Part shown: piece after piece, positions 41,715-51,385 of the stretch
How the letters are laid out: each line of letters opens with the position of its first letter
Position numbering within the stretch: the first letter of the stretch is position 1
Assembly (NCBI GenBank): GCA_034521025.1
Contig: JAXHMZ010000001.1
Location: 15,921 to 79,920, forward strand
Direction of reading: 5' to 3'
Length of the DNA: 64,000 nt
Source: Candidatus Campbellbacteria bacterium
Lineage (GTDB): Bacteria > Patescibacteriota > Minisyncoccia > Phycocordibacterales > JAXHMZ01
Notes under the pieces: model-generated
Told to the model about the DNA's origin: nothing
The model's database searches: none
The model's input: the letters and a program-made list of their open reading frames with translations, nothing else
Made by a program: the position numbers and the translations under genes

Positions 41715-42923
41715 ATGAACCCAACTCAACACAAAGAAAACAACAGTAAGCCTCAATTACCTAATTTTTCTTATAGCGGACCGTACAAAAAAGCAGTTGA
41801 GGTCTGTTCCTTTTATGGAGTTAGCTTGATCTCTCCGCCCGAGATCCAAAAAGATACTCAATCCTATACCGACAAATTTGGATCTGAAACGGAAATGAAC
41901 AACAAGGAGCCTGGTTTCTCTATAGACGAAAGGGTTGCGATGATCCGTGAATATTCCGAGAAAAACTGGGAGACCCTAACCCAGCCCGTATTAGTTATGT
42001 ACACCAAAAAACCTAATCCACGAGGTGAACGTTTTTTGTATTTACACGTCATAGGCTTATCTAAAAATATAGCTGATATGCTATCTATACATCTAGCCTG
42101 GACAATCCTAGGCGGTGCGCTTAATAAAGATCTTTTACTTCATATAAATAGTATGGGTGACAAGGAATCCGGCACTCAATTCGTAAGAGAACTTACATCT
42201 TATTTTCGCAAACATATAAATTCGCTTCCGGTTGAGTGCAGAGAGTCATTTAAGAACAATATATTGAACGTATTGAAAGAAAGACGAAGTGAATGCCTTA
42301 TGTTTCAAGAAGACGCTCCTCAATCTATTACCTTTTTAAGCGAAAGTTCTCGTAATTTTTTCAAAGAAATAATTGAATTCACAGAAACCCGTTCAATCCC
42401 ATATCTTATAGATCCAAGCCTAGTAGAAAACAAAGACGCATTTTCAGAGACAATATTTAGCATCAACGAAAAAAGCGGCTCTGGAAAAGGAAAAACATTT
42501 GCTACCGGTGCCAGATCGGACAATCTAACCCGCGGCTCCGGAATGCGTAAAACGGTCCCCGTATTCTCAACTACAATAAATATACCCGGTTCCACAGCGA
42601 GAGAGAGCATTAAAGAAGTAAAGGAAAAGAAAAGTAAGCCGTGGGTGTATCTGATTCAGCTAGGTGAAGAGGCGAGACTGCATTCGTTTGAACTTCTCGA
42701 GAAACTTAGAGAAGCAAAAATTCCTACCAAAGTCTCGTTCGGTAAAGAAAAGATGTCCGAGCAAATGGACCAAGCCGAACGGCTTAAAATCTCTATTACG
42801 CTCATAATGGGCCAAAAAGAGTCGCTTGAACATTCAGTAATAGTTCGCAATATGAAAACACACTCACAAGAGATCGTGGACATAAATGACGCCCCAAAAA
42901 CTATCAAAAAGCTCCTCAAGTAA
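41715..42923 (+). CDS. Divergent HisRS-like protein (class II aaRS-like fold with HGTP anticodon-binding domain)
   Basis: LHINSMGDKES, FKNNILNVL, APQSITFLSESSRNFF, PYLIDPSLV and C-terminal QMDQAERLK...IMGQKE...VRNM. Canonical RPE/YERPQ/GGRYD motifs are absent. Confidence 0.65.
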   Translation: MNPTQHKENNSKPQLPNFSYSGPYKKAVEVCSFYGVSLISPPEIQKDTQSYTDKFGSETEMNNKEPGFSIDERVAMIREYSEKNWETLTQPVLVMYTKKPNPRGERFLYLHVIGLSKNIADMLSIHLAWTILGGALNKDLLLHINSMGDKESGTQFVRELTSYFRKHINSLPVECRESFKNNILNVLKERRSECLMFQEDAPQSITFLSESSRNFFKEIIEFTETRSIPYLIDPSLVENKDAFSETIFSINEKSGSGKGKTFATGARSDNLTRGSGMRKTVPVFSTTINIPGSTARESIKEVKEKKSKPWVYLIQLGEEARLHSFELLEKLREAKIPTKVSFGKEKMSEQMDQAERLKISITLIMGQKESLEHSVIVRNMKTHSQEIVDINDAPKTIKKLLK

Positions 42924-42962
42924 TACTTGAAGTCTATTCTCTCTTATGATAGAGTTCTCGCC

Positions 42963-43187
42963 ATGGCAAATGTTGAAGTAGAAGCAAATACCAACGAACC
43001 CAACTCTAGCGTGGTTCGACGCTTTACGCAGCGCGTCCGCGGGTCGGGTCTCCTTAGAATTGCGCGTGGCGGACGTTATCTAAACCGCGAAAAATCTAAA
43101 TTTATCAAAAAGAAAGAGGCTCTAAAATCGATTGAGAGAAAGAATGAAATTGAGCGCTTAAAAAAACTTGGTAAACTTCCAGAGTAA
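42963..43187 (+). CDS. rpsU: 30S ribosomal protein bS21-like
   Basis: VEVEANTNEPNSSVVRRFTQRVRGSGLL...RY...KS with a basic tail. Confidence 0.75.
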   Translation: MANVEVEANTNEPNSSVVRRFTQRVRGSGLLRIARGGRYLNREKSKFIKKKEALKSIERKNEIERLKKLGKLPE

Positions 43188-43192
43188 AAAAG

Positions 43193-43220
43193 AAAAAACC
43201 GGCAACTTGCCGGCTTTTTT
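43193..43220 (+). terminator. Intrinsic terminator
   Basis: ccggcaa-c-ttgccgg followed by a T-run after rpsU. Confidence 0.65.
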
Positions 43221-43327
43221 ATTGCTTGATCTCTGTTTACTTCTCCACAGATTTTTATTAAACCCCTTTTTTGCTATACTGAGTTCACTTTAATCGGGAG
43301 AAGGACTGCCCTGTCCCGTTTATACTT

Positions 43328-44506
43328 ATGACAAAAAATATTGCTGTTGGCATTGACATCGGAACATACAATGTAAAGGTCGCTATCGCGGAAAAGTCGG
43401 TACAAAACGGCAAGGTAGTTCCGCGCCTTATCGCTACGGGTTTTGCCGAATCCAAAGGATTGCGCCACGGCTACATAATTAACTCCAGCGAAGCGGTGAA
43501 AAGTATACGAAAAGCGGTGAAACAAGCTGAAAAAACCGCTGGAGTTGAGGTAGGCCGAGCTTACGTTTCTATGGGTGGTATATCACTTGAGGGAAACACC
43601 TCAGTCGGATCGACCGTGATCACACATCCGGATATGGAGATCTCTGAAGAAGACGCCCAAGCCGCTCTTAATGCGAGCGAGCGTACTCTTCCAAGGGCTC
43701 TCACTTTGAATAAAAAGATCCTTCATACAATTCCAATTCAATACAAAATAGACGGTCGAGACGTACTTGGTCGACCGAATGGTATGCGCGGCTCCAAACT
43801 TGAGGTTAAGTCATTGTTTATTACCTGTCTTGAGCAACACCTGAATGATCTAATTCAAGCCGTTGAAGATGTAGGGATAGAAGTGGAAGACGTTGTGGCC
43901 GCTCCCATAGCGGCAAGCTTTGTTTCGCTTACCAAAACCCAAAAGATCGCCGGTTGCGTACTTGCAAATATAGGCGCGGAGACAGTTTCTATTGTTGTAT
44001 ACGAAAATAGCATCCCCATTTCACTTGAAGTATTCCCTTCCGGTTCAAACGACATAACTAACGACATAGCGTTAGGTCTAAAGGTTCCCATAGAGGAAGC
44101 TGAGAAAATAAAGCTCGGCCACGCAACCGGAGTCGGCTATCCCAAAGATCAGATAGAAGGCATAGTAGCCGAACGTCTAAAAGAGATCTTTCTTTTGGTC
44201 GAGGCTCATCTCTCTAAAATTGGCAAAAATGAGCTTCTACCCGCCGGTATTATTATTTCCGGCGGGGGCTCAGGACTTGGCTCTGTTCAAGAAATTGCTA
44301 AAGCCACATTAGACCTGCCCAGCATGATCGCAAGATCAGAGATCATCTATACTTCTCGAAATCAAATTAAGGACGCGACGTGGTCAGTGGCATATGGTTT
44401 GTGCATCCTTGATTTCAGTACTGAAAGCGAATCCAAATCAAGAGGAAGTGGTATTTTGAAACGAATCGGTGGCATATTCCGATGGTTAAAGCAGTTTTTG
44501 CCTTAA
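43328..44506 (+). CDS. ftsA: Cell division protein FtsA
   Basis: GIDIGTYNVKV, SKGLRHG, NIGAETVS, ITNDIALGL and ISGGGS; lies upstream of ftsZ. Confidence 0.95.
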   Translation: MTKNIAVGIDIGTYNVKVAIAEKSVQNGKVVPRLIATGFAESKGLRHGYIINSSEAVKSIRKAVKQAEKTAGVEVGRAYVSMGGISLEGNTSVGSTVITHPDMEISEEDAQAALNASERTLPRALTLNKKILHTIPIQYKIDGRDVLGRPNGMRGSKLEVKSLFITCLEQHLNDLIQAVEDVGIEVEDVVAAPIAASFVSLTKTQKIAGCVLANIGAETVSIVVYENSIPISLEVFPSGSNDITNDIALGLKVPIEEAEKIKLGHATGVGYPKDQIEGIVAERLKEIFLLVEAHLSKIGKNELLPAGIIISGGGSGLGSVQEIAKATLDLPSMIARSEIIYTSRNQIKDATWSVAYGLCILDFSTESESKSRGSGILKRIGGIFRWLKQFLP

Positions 44507-44682
44507 TTTAAGTCCCTACAAGAAAGTTTTGTTTAATTCCCTTCATGCTCTTTCTTTTTTGTTTTGGTTTGCTATAGTATAGGTAATTCAGATACACGTT
44601 TTGCTCGTATAAAACGTTGAATTTGACGAATAATTTAATGGATTAGGAGCATCTTGCTCTAAACGAAAATTTAGTAGAAATT

Positions 44683-45966
44683 ATGGCTAAAAAAGTTACA
44701 CCGGAAGTTGAATCATTTGCGCGTATTCGCGTTATTGGTGTAGGTGGTTCAGGCGGAAACGCAGTCAATCACATGATCGAATCGAAAGTAAAAGGCGTGG
44801 AATTTATCGCTGTGAACACAGACGCTCAAGACTTGCACCATTCCCTTTCTAAACATCGAATTCATATCGGCAAAAATCTAACCAAAGGTCTGGGAACCGG
44901 CATGGATTCAGATATTGGTAAGCGCGCGGCAGAAGAAACTAAGGAAGAATTGCAAGAAACTATAAACGGATCCGATATGGTCTTTATTGCCGGCGGTATG
45001 GGAGGCGGCACCGGAACCGGCGCGAGTGCCGTCGTGGCAAAAACCGCCAAGGAACAAGGAGCGTTGACGGTTGCGGTTGTAACGAAGCCATTTTTCTTTG
45101 AAGGCGCTCAGCGAATGAGACTTGCCGATCAAGGCCTTGAAGCTCTACGTAAAGAAGTAGACGCGCTTATCATTATTCCAAACGATAAGTTACTACAAAC
45201 CGTAGACAAAGAAACCACGGCGAGCGAGGCCTTCGCTATGTCTGATGAAATTCTTCGCGTAGCGGTAGAAGGCATCTCTGACTTGATCATCAAACCTGGA
45301 GTTATCAACGTAGACTTTGCTGACATTAGATCGATCATGGAAAATGCCGGATCTGCTCTTATGGGTATCGGTGTAGCTTCAGGAGATAATCGCGCTGTAG
45401 AAGCCGCTAAGATCGCCATTAATTCCCCACTATTGGACATCTCGGTTGATGGAGCAAAAGGAGTACTATTTGCCATTGCCGGCGGATCTGATATGACAAT
45501 GAATGAGATTCAGGAAGCAGCTAAAGTTATCACCGAGTCAATTGATCAAAACGCGAAGGTTATCTTTGGAGCTATTAACGATGACAAATTGAGGAAAAAC
45601 GAGATCAAAGTTACCGTTATTGCCTCCGGATTTCCTCAGGACGTAGCAAACGAATCTCCTCACTTGCCACGAGAAGAGCAATCCTTTGAGAAAACCGTTG
45701 AAGATAGCGGAGTTGGAAAAATATATAATTCTTTGGGATTAGGTAAGACCAAGAGAGAAGAGGAGGAGAAAGAGAAAGGAGAAAAAGAAGAGAATGGTAA
45801 AGCACCGCAACCGACAAAAGAAGAAAAGCGAGAAAAGCCAGCCAAGAAATCCCCTCCTAAACGCAAAGAAAAAGAGGAAGAAAAGAAAAATGATGACGAC
45901 GAAGATGACGATGATGATGATTGGGGTTCGATTCCGTCATTCCTTCGCCGATCAAAGATCCGATAA
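44683..45966 (+). CDS. ftsZ: Cell division protein FtsZ
   Basis: GVGGSGGNAVN, GMGGGTGTG, NVDFAD and C-terminal IPSFLRR. Confidence 0.98.
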   Translation: MAKKVTPEVESFARIRVIGVGGSGGNAVNHMIESKVKGVEFIAVNTDAQDLHHSLSKHRIHIGKNLTKGLGTGMDSDIGKRAAEETKEELQETINGSDMVFIAGGMGGGTGTGASAVVAKTAKEQGALTVAVVTKPFFFEGAQRMRLADQGLEALRKEVDALIIIPNDKLLQTVDKETTASEAFAMSDEILRVAVEGISDLIIKPGVINVDFADIRSIMENAGSALMGIGVASGDNRAVEAAKIAINSPLLDISVDGAKGVLFAIAGGSDMTMNEIQEAAKVITESIDQNAKVIFGAINDDKLRKNEIKVTVIASGFPQDVANESPHLPREEQSFEKTVEDSGVGKIYNSLGLGKTKREEEEKEKGEKEENGKAPQPTKEEKREKPAKKSPPKRKEKEEEKKNDDDEDDDDDDWGSIPSFLRRSKIR

Positions 45967-46027
45967 AGCAAACGATTATTAAGAAAAATCCGAGCGCCAG
46001 TTCGGATTTTTTGCTACAATTTCCCTT

Positions 46028-46951
46028 ATGTATGATTTAGTAATTATAGGCGGAGGCCCTGCCGGAGTTGCAGCGGGCGTATATGCCGCAAGAAAAAAAC
46101 TTAAAACAGCTCTGATCACCGATTCTTTTGGCGGACAAAGCGTTGAATCGATGGGTATTGAGAACTGGATCGGTACCCCTTTTATTTCCGGTGACGATCT
46201 AGCGAAAAACTTCGAAAACCACTTGCGCCAATTCGAAGATGAGGATCTTGATATCTATGCCAACTCAAGAGCTGAAAAAATCGAAAAAACTAACGATAAC
46301 TTTGTCGTCATTGACTCTGACGAAAACAAATTTGAGACCAGAACTGTTTTAGTGGCTACGGGAAGCAAACGAAGAAAGTTAGATGTACCCGGAGCCGATG
46401 AGTACGAAAACCGCGGTATTACTTACTGCGCTTCTTGCGACGGCCCCCTCTTTAAAGACAAAGATGTAGTCGTCATCGGAGGAGGCAACGCCGGATTTGA
46501 AAGTGCTGCCCAACTTCTGGCTTACACAAGATCTGTAACTCTTTTACACAAAAACGACAAATTCAAAGCTGATCCGGTTACAGTTAATAAAGTTATGGAG
46601 CATCCTAAGATGACTGCTTATACAAACGCGGTTACTAAAGAAGTAAAAGGAGAAACTATGGCACAGTCTATAGTCTATAAAGACACCGCGACCAATGAAG
46701 AACACGAGATACCTGCCGAGGGCATATTCGTTGAGATCGGCAATATTCCGGCAACCGGATTTGTAGCTGACGCCGTAGAAATGAACGAACTCGATCAAAT
46801 AAAAGTAGATCCTAAGGATCAAAAAACTTCAACCCCGGGCATTTGGGCGGCTGGAGACTGCACCGACACTCTCTATCATCAAAACAATATAGCGGCTGGA
46901 GACGGAGTTCGCGCGTTAGAGGACCTATACCTTTGGCTTAGAGCTCGCTAG
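46028..46951 (+). CDS. trxB: Thioredoxin reductase/AhpF-like FAD-dependent disulfide reductase
   Basis: IGGGPAG, YCASCDG, IGGGNAG and WAAGD. Confidence 0.88.
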   Translation: MYDLVIIGGGPAGVAAGVYAARKKLKTALITDSFGGQSVESMGIENWIGTPFISGDDLAKNFENHLRQFEDEDLDIYANSRAEKIEKTNDNFVVIDSDENKFETRTVLVATGSKRRKLDVPGADEYENRGITYCASCDGPLFKDKDVVVIGGGNAGFESAAQLLAYTRSVTLLHKNDKFKADPVTVNKVMEHPKMTAYTNAVTKEVKGETMAQSIVYKDTATNEEHEIPAEGIFVEIGNIPATGFVADAVEMNELDQIKVDPKDQKTSTPGIWAAGDCTDTLYHQNNIAAGDGVRALEDLYLWLRAR

Positions 46952-47024
46952 AATTATAAAAAGATAGGATTTAAATTGGAAAGCCATCTCTTAAAGATGG
47001 CTTTGTGTGCTTTTTGGCTCTATC

Positions 47025-47372
47025 TCAAGAGCCGGCGTAACTATTGTTTTTGATCTTTGTTCCACCTTTCGACTTTCCAAGCCGATAAACGACTTGCCTT
47101 ATAGGCCTATTCCTGTGATCTCGTATTGCTGTATGATGCGGACTTTCTCTGCACTCAAGCCGCGATTCCTCGTTCAGGCGATAGAGTGCTTTTTTCACGA
47201 TATACTTAGGAGAGTTTGTCCTTTCTACCAGATCTACCAACAGTCTCCATTGCTGTGGATTCTCTTTGAAGACATCGATTATTTGATCCCTAACGGAAAG
47301 AATCCAAATGCTGATGATCAGCTGAGTAACAGCAAAGACAAACCCGGCCACAAGCAACACCGTAACGAACAT
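47025..47372 (-). CDS. Hypothetical membrane-anchored protein
   Basis: GGAGGAGG RBS, N-terminal TM and an upstream TTGACA-type promoter. Confidence 0.5.
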   Translation of the reverse strand: MFVTVLLVAGFVFAVTQLIISIWILSVRDQIIDVFKENPQQWRLLVDLVERTNSPKYIVKKALYRLNEESRLECRESPHHTAIRDHRNRPIRQVVYRLGKSKGGTKIKNNSYAGS

Positions 47373-47454
47373 TCGCCACCTCCTCCTCTATTGGTGTATT
47401 TCTACTTTGAAAGATTACTTATTCGCTAAAGTCTGTCAAATAGATATTTTGCTA

Positions 47455-47624
47455 TGACCCCACGGAGAATCGAATCTTACAGATTCGGTAGAGTCTTCGT
47501 GTCGTACTCGCTACACTCCGTGCGACTAACTCAGACTTTTCGATTCACCGATCTGAGCCAAATTATTGGCTCATTTGTGGTATGAACAAAAAAGGACTGC
47601 TCAAGCAGTCTCTTTTTGTATTCA
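47455..47624 (-). mobile_element. tRNA-Glu-linked structured element (170 bp) with a perfect 20-nt tRNA 3' duplication
   Basis: tgaccccacggagaatcgaa at 47455-47474 and 47625-47644; anti-T cggtgaatcgaa; terminal gaatc-tgtaa-gattc hairpin. Confidence 0.8.
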
Positions 47625-47696
47625 TGACCCCACGGAGAATCGAACTCCGATTACCAGGATGAAAACCTGGCGTCCTAGCCGTTAGACGATGGGGCC
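47625..47696 (-). tRNA. tRNA-Glu(TTC)
   Basis: ggcccca/tggggtc acceptor stem, ccagg-ttttcat-cctgg anticodon arm. Confidence 0.95.
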
Positions 47697-47788
47697 TTAT
47701 CGAGAAGTACTTTAGCAAATTTCTTGTTCGCGCGCAAAGGACAAAAGTTGAAAAATTGCTCTAATTCGCTACAATGTGCCCGAAGCGA

Positions 47789-47872
47789 GGTGGATTGCCC
47801 GGAATTGGTAACGGAGCGGTTTCGAAAACCGTCGGCCTAACGGCCTTACAGGTTCGAGTCCTGTATCCACCG
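47789..47872 (+). tRNA. tRNA-Ser(CGA)
   Basis: ggtggat/atccacc acceptor stem with G discriminator, gcggt-ttcgaaa-accgt anticodon arm, long variable arm. Confidence 0.93.
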
Positions 47873-47994
47873 CAGTGAACAAGTTCCTTTTTATACACGC
47901 ACGAAGATTTGAACAAGTGAGTAAGATATGCTCTCCTTTTAGTAGGTAGGGTTTCGTTCCTTTAAACTCATACACTCACGAAAGGTAGGTTCTA

Positions 47995-48426
47995 ATGAAA
48001 AGCATATCCATTTTTATTGGCAGACTTCCCTTCGTGGGAAAAGTAGCGATACGCCCTCTTGTGTTCGATCTGTACTTGAGCACAAGTGTAGATAGAAGAC
48101 TGCGGAGCTATCTGATGCTCATGACCCTCCTTATCCTCTTATTACTCCTTCACGCAGTCTGGATGTGGATGGGATTGGAGGCACTGAGATTTGAGTCTCC
48201 CGTGTGGGCAAAGATAGTGAGCGCCGCTTTTGCTTTCGTAAACTTCATGGTCATTGTGTTTCATTTCTACCTAGGGTACCGAGTGACACGTTTCTTTCAA
48301 AGCAGAGTGTTGCCTCGCGTTGAACGCAGTTACACTAAACTCTCAGGGGGAGACGCGTTACTAACGGTGGTTGTAACATTGGTAGGGCTCGCTGTCTTCT
48401 TCTTCCAATACGCATGGTTTAGCTAA
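47995..48426 (+). CDS. Hypothetical membrane protein (about 3 TM)
   Basis: 143-aa ORF with hydrophobic segments, followed by a terminator hairpin at about 48431-48464. Confidence 0.6.
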   Translation: MKSISIFIGRLPFVGKVAIRPLVFDLYLSTSVDRRLRSYLMLMTLLILLLLLHAVWMWMGLEALRFESPVWAKIVSAAFAFVNFMVIVFHFYLGYRVTRFFQSRVLPRVERSYTKLSGGDALLTVVVTLVGLAVFFFQYAWFS

Positions 48427-48522
48427 CCTTCACCCCTGTGTGGATATACACGCAGGGGTGCTTTTGTTGTTTTTTCAATTGAGTGGAAAAATGAATGTTT
48501 TTTGCTATACTCTTTCTAGTTC

Positions 48523-48596
48523 GGGCGATTAGCTCAGTTGGCTAGAGCGCATCATTGACGTTGATGAGGCCATAGGTTCGAGTCCTATATCGCCCA
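48523..48596 (+). tRNA. tRNA-Val(GAC)
   Basis: gggcgat/atcgccc acceptor stem, catca-ttgacgt-tgatg anticodon arm. Confidence 0.95.
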
Positions 48597-48872
48597 CCGT
48601 ACAGTTCAAGATGGCACAACGATGTGTCTTTATACAAAAGTTCCTATAGTGCAAGAGCAAGCCAACTGCTTGGCTTGCGTGTTAGGACTCGAAAAGCTCA
48701 AACAGTCCGGGGGACTGTTTGAGAAGGTTGCCAGATAGTTTGAGAGCTTGCGAATCAAACTGTCGACAACCTGTACAGCTCCTGTAAGGAGGGAGTATAT
48801 CGCGCGAAGCAGAGCGAGCACGACGCGAAGACTGTACCGAATCTGTAAGATTCGAGTCCTATATCGCCCACC
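48597..48872 (+). mobile_element. tRNA-Val-linked structured element (274-bp period) with nested module
   Basis: ttcgagtcctatatcgcccacc duplicated at 48851-48872; perfect antisense taggactcgaa at 48683-48693. Confidence 0.8.
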
Positions 48873-48905
48873 TAGACAAAAATCACTGCTTAGATATTTA
48901 GTTTA

Positions 48906-49418
48906 CTAAACGCCAAACCATTGGTTGATAGCGTATCCGACGTAGAAAGCGATGGCGGCAGCGATACCGCCTATAAGTAGCACCTGAAAGGCTGAACGCC
49001 ATTTGTTCTTATTGGTTATGTGTCCTTTTATAAAACCGACCGTAAGAAAAGCAACCGCGGTCAAAACAGCTGAAAATACAAAAGTATATGTATGTAGTCC
49101 CAAGAAAGGCACCAAAAGGAATGGAGCCAAAGGTATAAAACCAAGAACTACGAAAGATAGAAAAGTGGCAATGGCAGTTGATAACGGAGATTTTAGATCA
49201 GGGTGTGGGTGGTTGTGAGTTGCGGCGAGCTCGTTATTCGAACGAGTAGAAAGATAGTTTGACGCCGCCATAGAAAAGCCGTCAGCAAAAAGGTTTGCAA
49301 ACCCGAGGATCAGTATTACTGAAGCACTTAACGAGGCCCCGATCGCGCCCGCAATCACAGCAAGTGTCGTAATGGCCCCATCTATACCTCCATAAACAAA
49401 TTCAGAAAGATACTTCAT
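48906..49418 (-). CDS. VIT1/CCC1 family Fe/Mn transporter
   Basis: EFVYGGIDGAITT, GFANLFADGFSMAASNYLS and GFIPLAPF. Confidence 0.92.
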   Translation of the reverse strand: MKYLSEFVYGGIDGAITTLAVIAGAIGASLSASVILILGFANLFADGFSMAASNYLSTRSNNELAATHNHPHPDLKSPLSTAIATFLSFVVLGFIPLAPFLLVPFLGLHTYTFVFSAVLTAVAFLTVGFIKGHITNKNKWRSAFQVLLIGGIAAAIAFYVGYAINQWFGV

Positions 49419-49558
49419 ATATTTTTTTATTTTCAACTAAAGCATAGCATCATTTCTCTTGAACCAAAATCTATCTAAATTACTTACTTTGGAGATTTAT
49501 TTCTCCACCTTTTCTCGCAACTCACATTGGGTTTATGTCATGCTATACTTTTCATTAA

Positions 49559-51379
49559 ATGGAGTTTGATTTTCTTTTAAACCCACAAATAGTTCTGTTC
49601 GGCGTTCTTGGCATAATGTTCGCTTTATTTGTGGTCAATAAGATCCGTTTTGATCTGGTCGCACTTAGCGGATTAGTAATACTCGTTTTATTGGGCGTCA
49701 TACCAACGGAGGACATCTTGGCCGGTTTCTCTAACCCGGTAATACTCACTATAATCAGTATCTTTATATTCAGCGCCGGCCTTGTTAGATCAGGCTTAAT
49801 TGACGCCATTAGCAGAAAGATCCTTGGTGCTTCAGGTAACCCTATAATAGAACTTTTCTTGCTTATGGCTCTTACGGCTGCCATTTCAGGGTTTATCAAT
49901 AACGTTGCAGCTGTATCATTGATGATCCCGATAGCGATTAAGGTAGCACATACACACAAGCAGCCGCTGGGGTTGTTTCTTATGCCTCTTGCCTTTGCCT
50001 CACTTTTGGGAGGTCTCGCCACTTCCATAGGCACAACTCCTAATATCATCATTACCTCTATGCGCGAGGAAACCTTGGGAACCCCTTTTGGTTTCTTTGA
50101 TTTTGCGCCGGTTGGATATTCTCTGGCGGCAATAGGGATAATTTTCCTAGGTGCTATTGGTTGGAGACTCATACCGCCAAGACGAGAAAAAACGCTTTCC
50201 GATGAGCTTTTTGATGTAAAAGATTATCTGACAGAAGTAAAGATCAAAGACTCTTCGAAGTGGATAGAAAAGGAACTTCACAACCTTCAGGAAGTGGCTG
50301 GATATAATCTCTCTGTAATTGGAATAATGAGAGAACAGGCTGACTCGGACAATAGCGAGGAAATATCTCTAAAGAGAATTAATCAACCATCTCGATATGA
50401 AAGATTTAAAGCCGGAGACATACTATTGATCCAAGCCGACTCCGAAACACTAGAAACAATACTGGACTCTACCGATCTGGAGTTGCTTGGAAGTAAAGCG
50501 ATAAGTAAAGAAGACTTGGGATCTGACTCGATCGAAACAATGGAGGTAGTAGTGGAAGCCGAAGCTCCCATAGTAGGACAATCAATGAAAAGCCTTGGTT
50601 TTAGAGCCTATGGTATTAACCTGCTAGCCCTAGCACGCGAAAACAAACGTATTTATGAAAGATTAGCAGACGTAGTATTCCAGCCGGGAGATGTCCTCCT
50701 TCTAAGAGGAAAGACCGAGACCCTTTTTGATACTGTCGCGCGCTTTGGCGCACTACCTCTTCGTAAGAGAGACCTACGTATTGGTACTCCGAAACGTATT
50801 GCTTTTGCAGCGACAGTATTTCTTGCCGCAATAGGCTTTTCGGTTATAGGAATTATTCCGGTTCCATTAGTGTTCCTACTGGCAGCAGGAGCCATGATAT
50901 TCACTCGCTTGTTGCCAGTCACAGAAATATATAACTCAATAAACTGGCCCGTAGTGGTCCTGTTGGGATCCATGTTAACCATTGGCAAAGCATTTGAAGA
51001 CACCGGAGCAGCGGAAACTATAGCTAGTTTTGTAGTGAGCCACGCCGATATATTAACCCCCTCCGTAGCGGTAGCTGGTATTCTCACCTTCTCTATGCTA
51101 CTTTCGAACGCAGTAGATAGTAGCGTTGTAGCTGTTATTCTAGCTCCTGTGGCAATACTATTGGCACAAAGCTTGGGTGTTTCAATAGATCCTTTCCTTA
51201 TGGCAACAGCCGTAGGATGTTCGACCGCGTTTTTAACTCCGATCGGAGGTCAATCCAGCACTCTTGTTATGAGCCCAGCGGGATATCACTTTGGAGACTA
51301 TACAAAAGTTGGTAGCTTCCTTTCTCTTTTAGTATTAATATTCGGATATATATTTATATTGACATTCTGGTCATTTTAG
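49559..51379 (+). CDS. SLC13/CitMHS-type permease with TrkA-C domains
   Basis: GFSNP, SGFINN, LGGLATSIGTTPNII, two RCK-C repeats, FLTPIG and GYHFGDY. Confidence 0.9.
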   Translation: MEFDFLLNPQIVLFGVLGIMFALFVVNKIRFDLVALSGLVILVLLGVIPTEDILAGFSNPVILTIISIFIFSAGLVRSGLIDAISRKILGASGNPIIELFLLMALTAAISGFINNVAAVSLMIPIAIKVAHTHKQPLGLFLMPLAFASLLGGLATSIGTTPNIIITSMREETLGTPFGFFDFAPVGYSLAAIGIIFLGAIGWRLIPPRREKTLSDELFDVKDYLTEVKIKDSSKWIEKELHNLQEVAGYNLSVIGIMREQADSDNSEEISLKRINQPSRYERFKAGDILLIQADSETLETILDSTDLELLGSKAISKEDLGSDSIETMEVVVEAEAPIVGQSMKSLGFRAYGINLLALARENKRIYERLADVVFQPGDVLLLRGKTETLFDTVARFGALPLRKRDLRIGTPKRIAFAATVFLAAIGFSVIGIIPVPLVFLLAAGAMIFTRLLPVTEIYNSINWPVVVLLGSMLTIGKAFEDTGAAETIASFVVSHADILTPSVAVAGILTFSMLLSNAVDSSVVAVILAPVAILLAQSLGVSIDPFLMATAVGCSTAFLTPIGGQSSTLVMSPAGYHFGDYTKVGSFLSLLVLIFGYIFILTFWSF

Positions 51380-51385
51380 AAAGCT

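Noticed and set aside
47873-47930. Possible relic element after tRNA-Ser (gaacaagtgag)
   Set aside because: Only a short leader-like match, with no antisense segment, core or duplicated end.
47455-48872. tRNA 3' duplications as attL/attR of prophages or genomic islands
   Set aside because: The enclosed DNA is under 300 bp, non-coding and shares a scaffold across loci, and no integrase is present. A remote relationship to integrase systems is not excluded.
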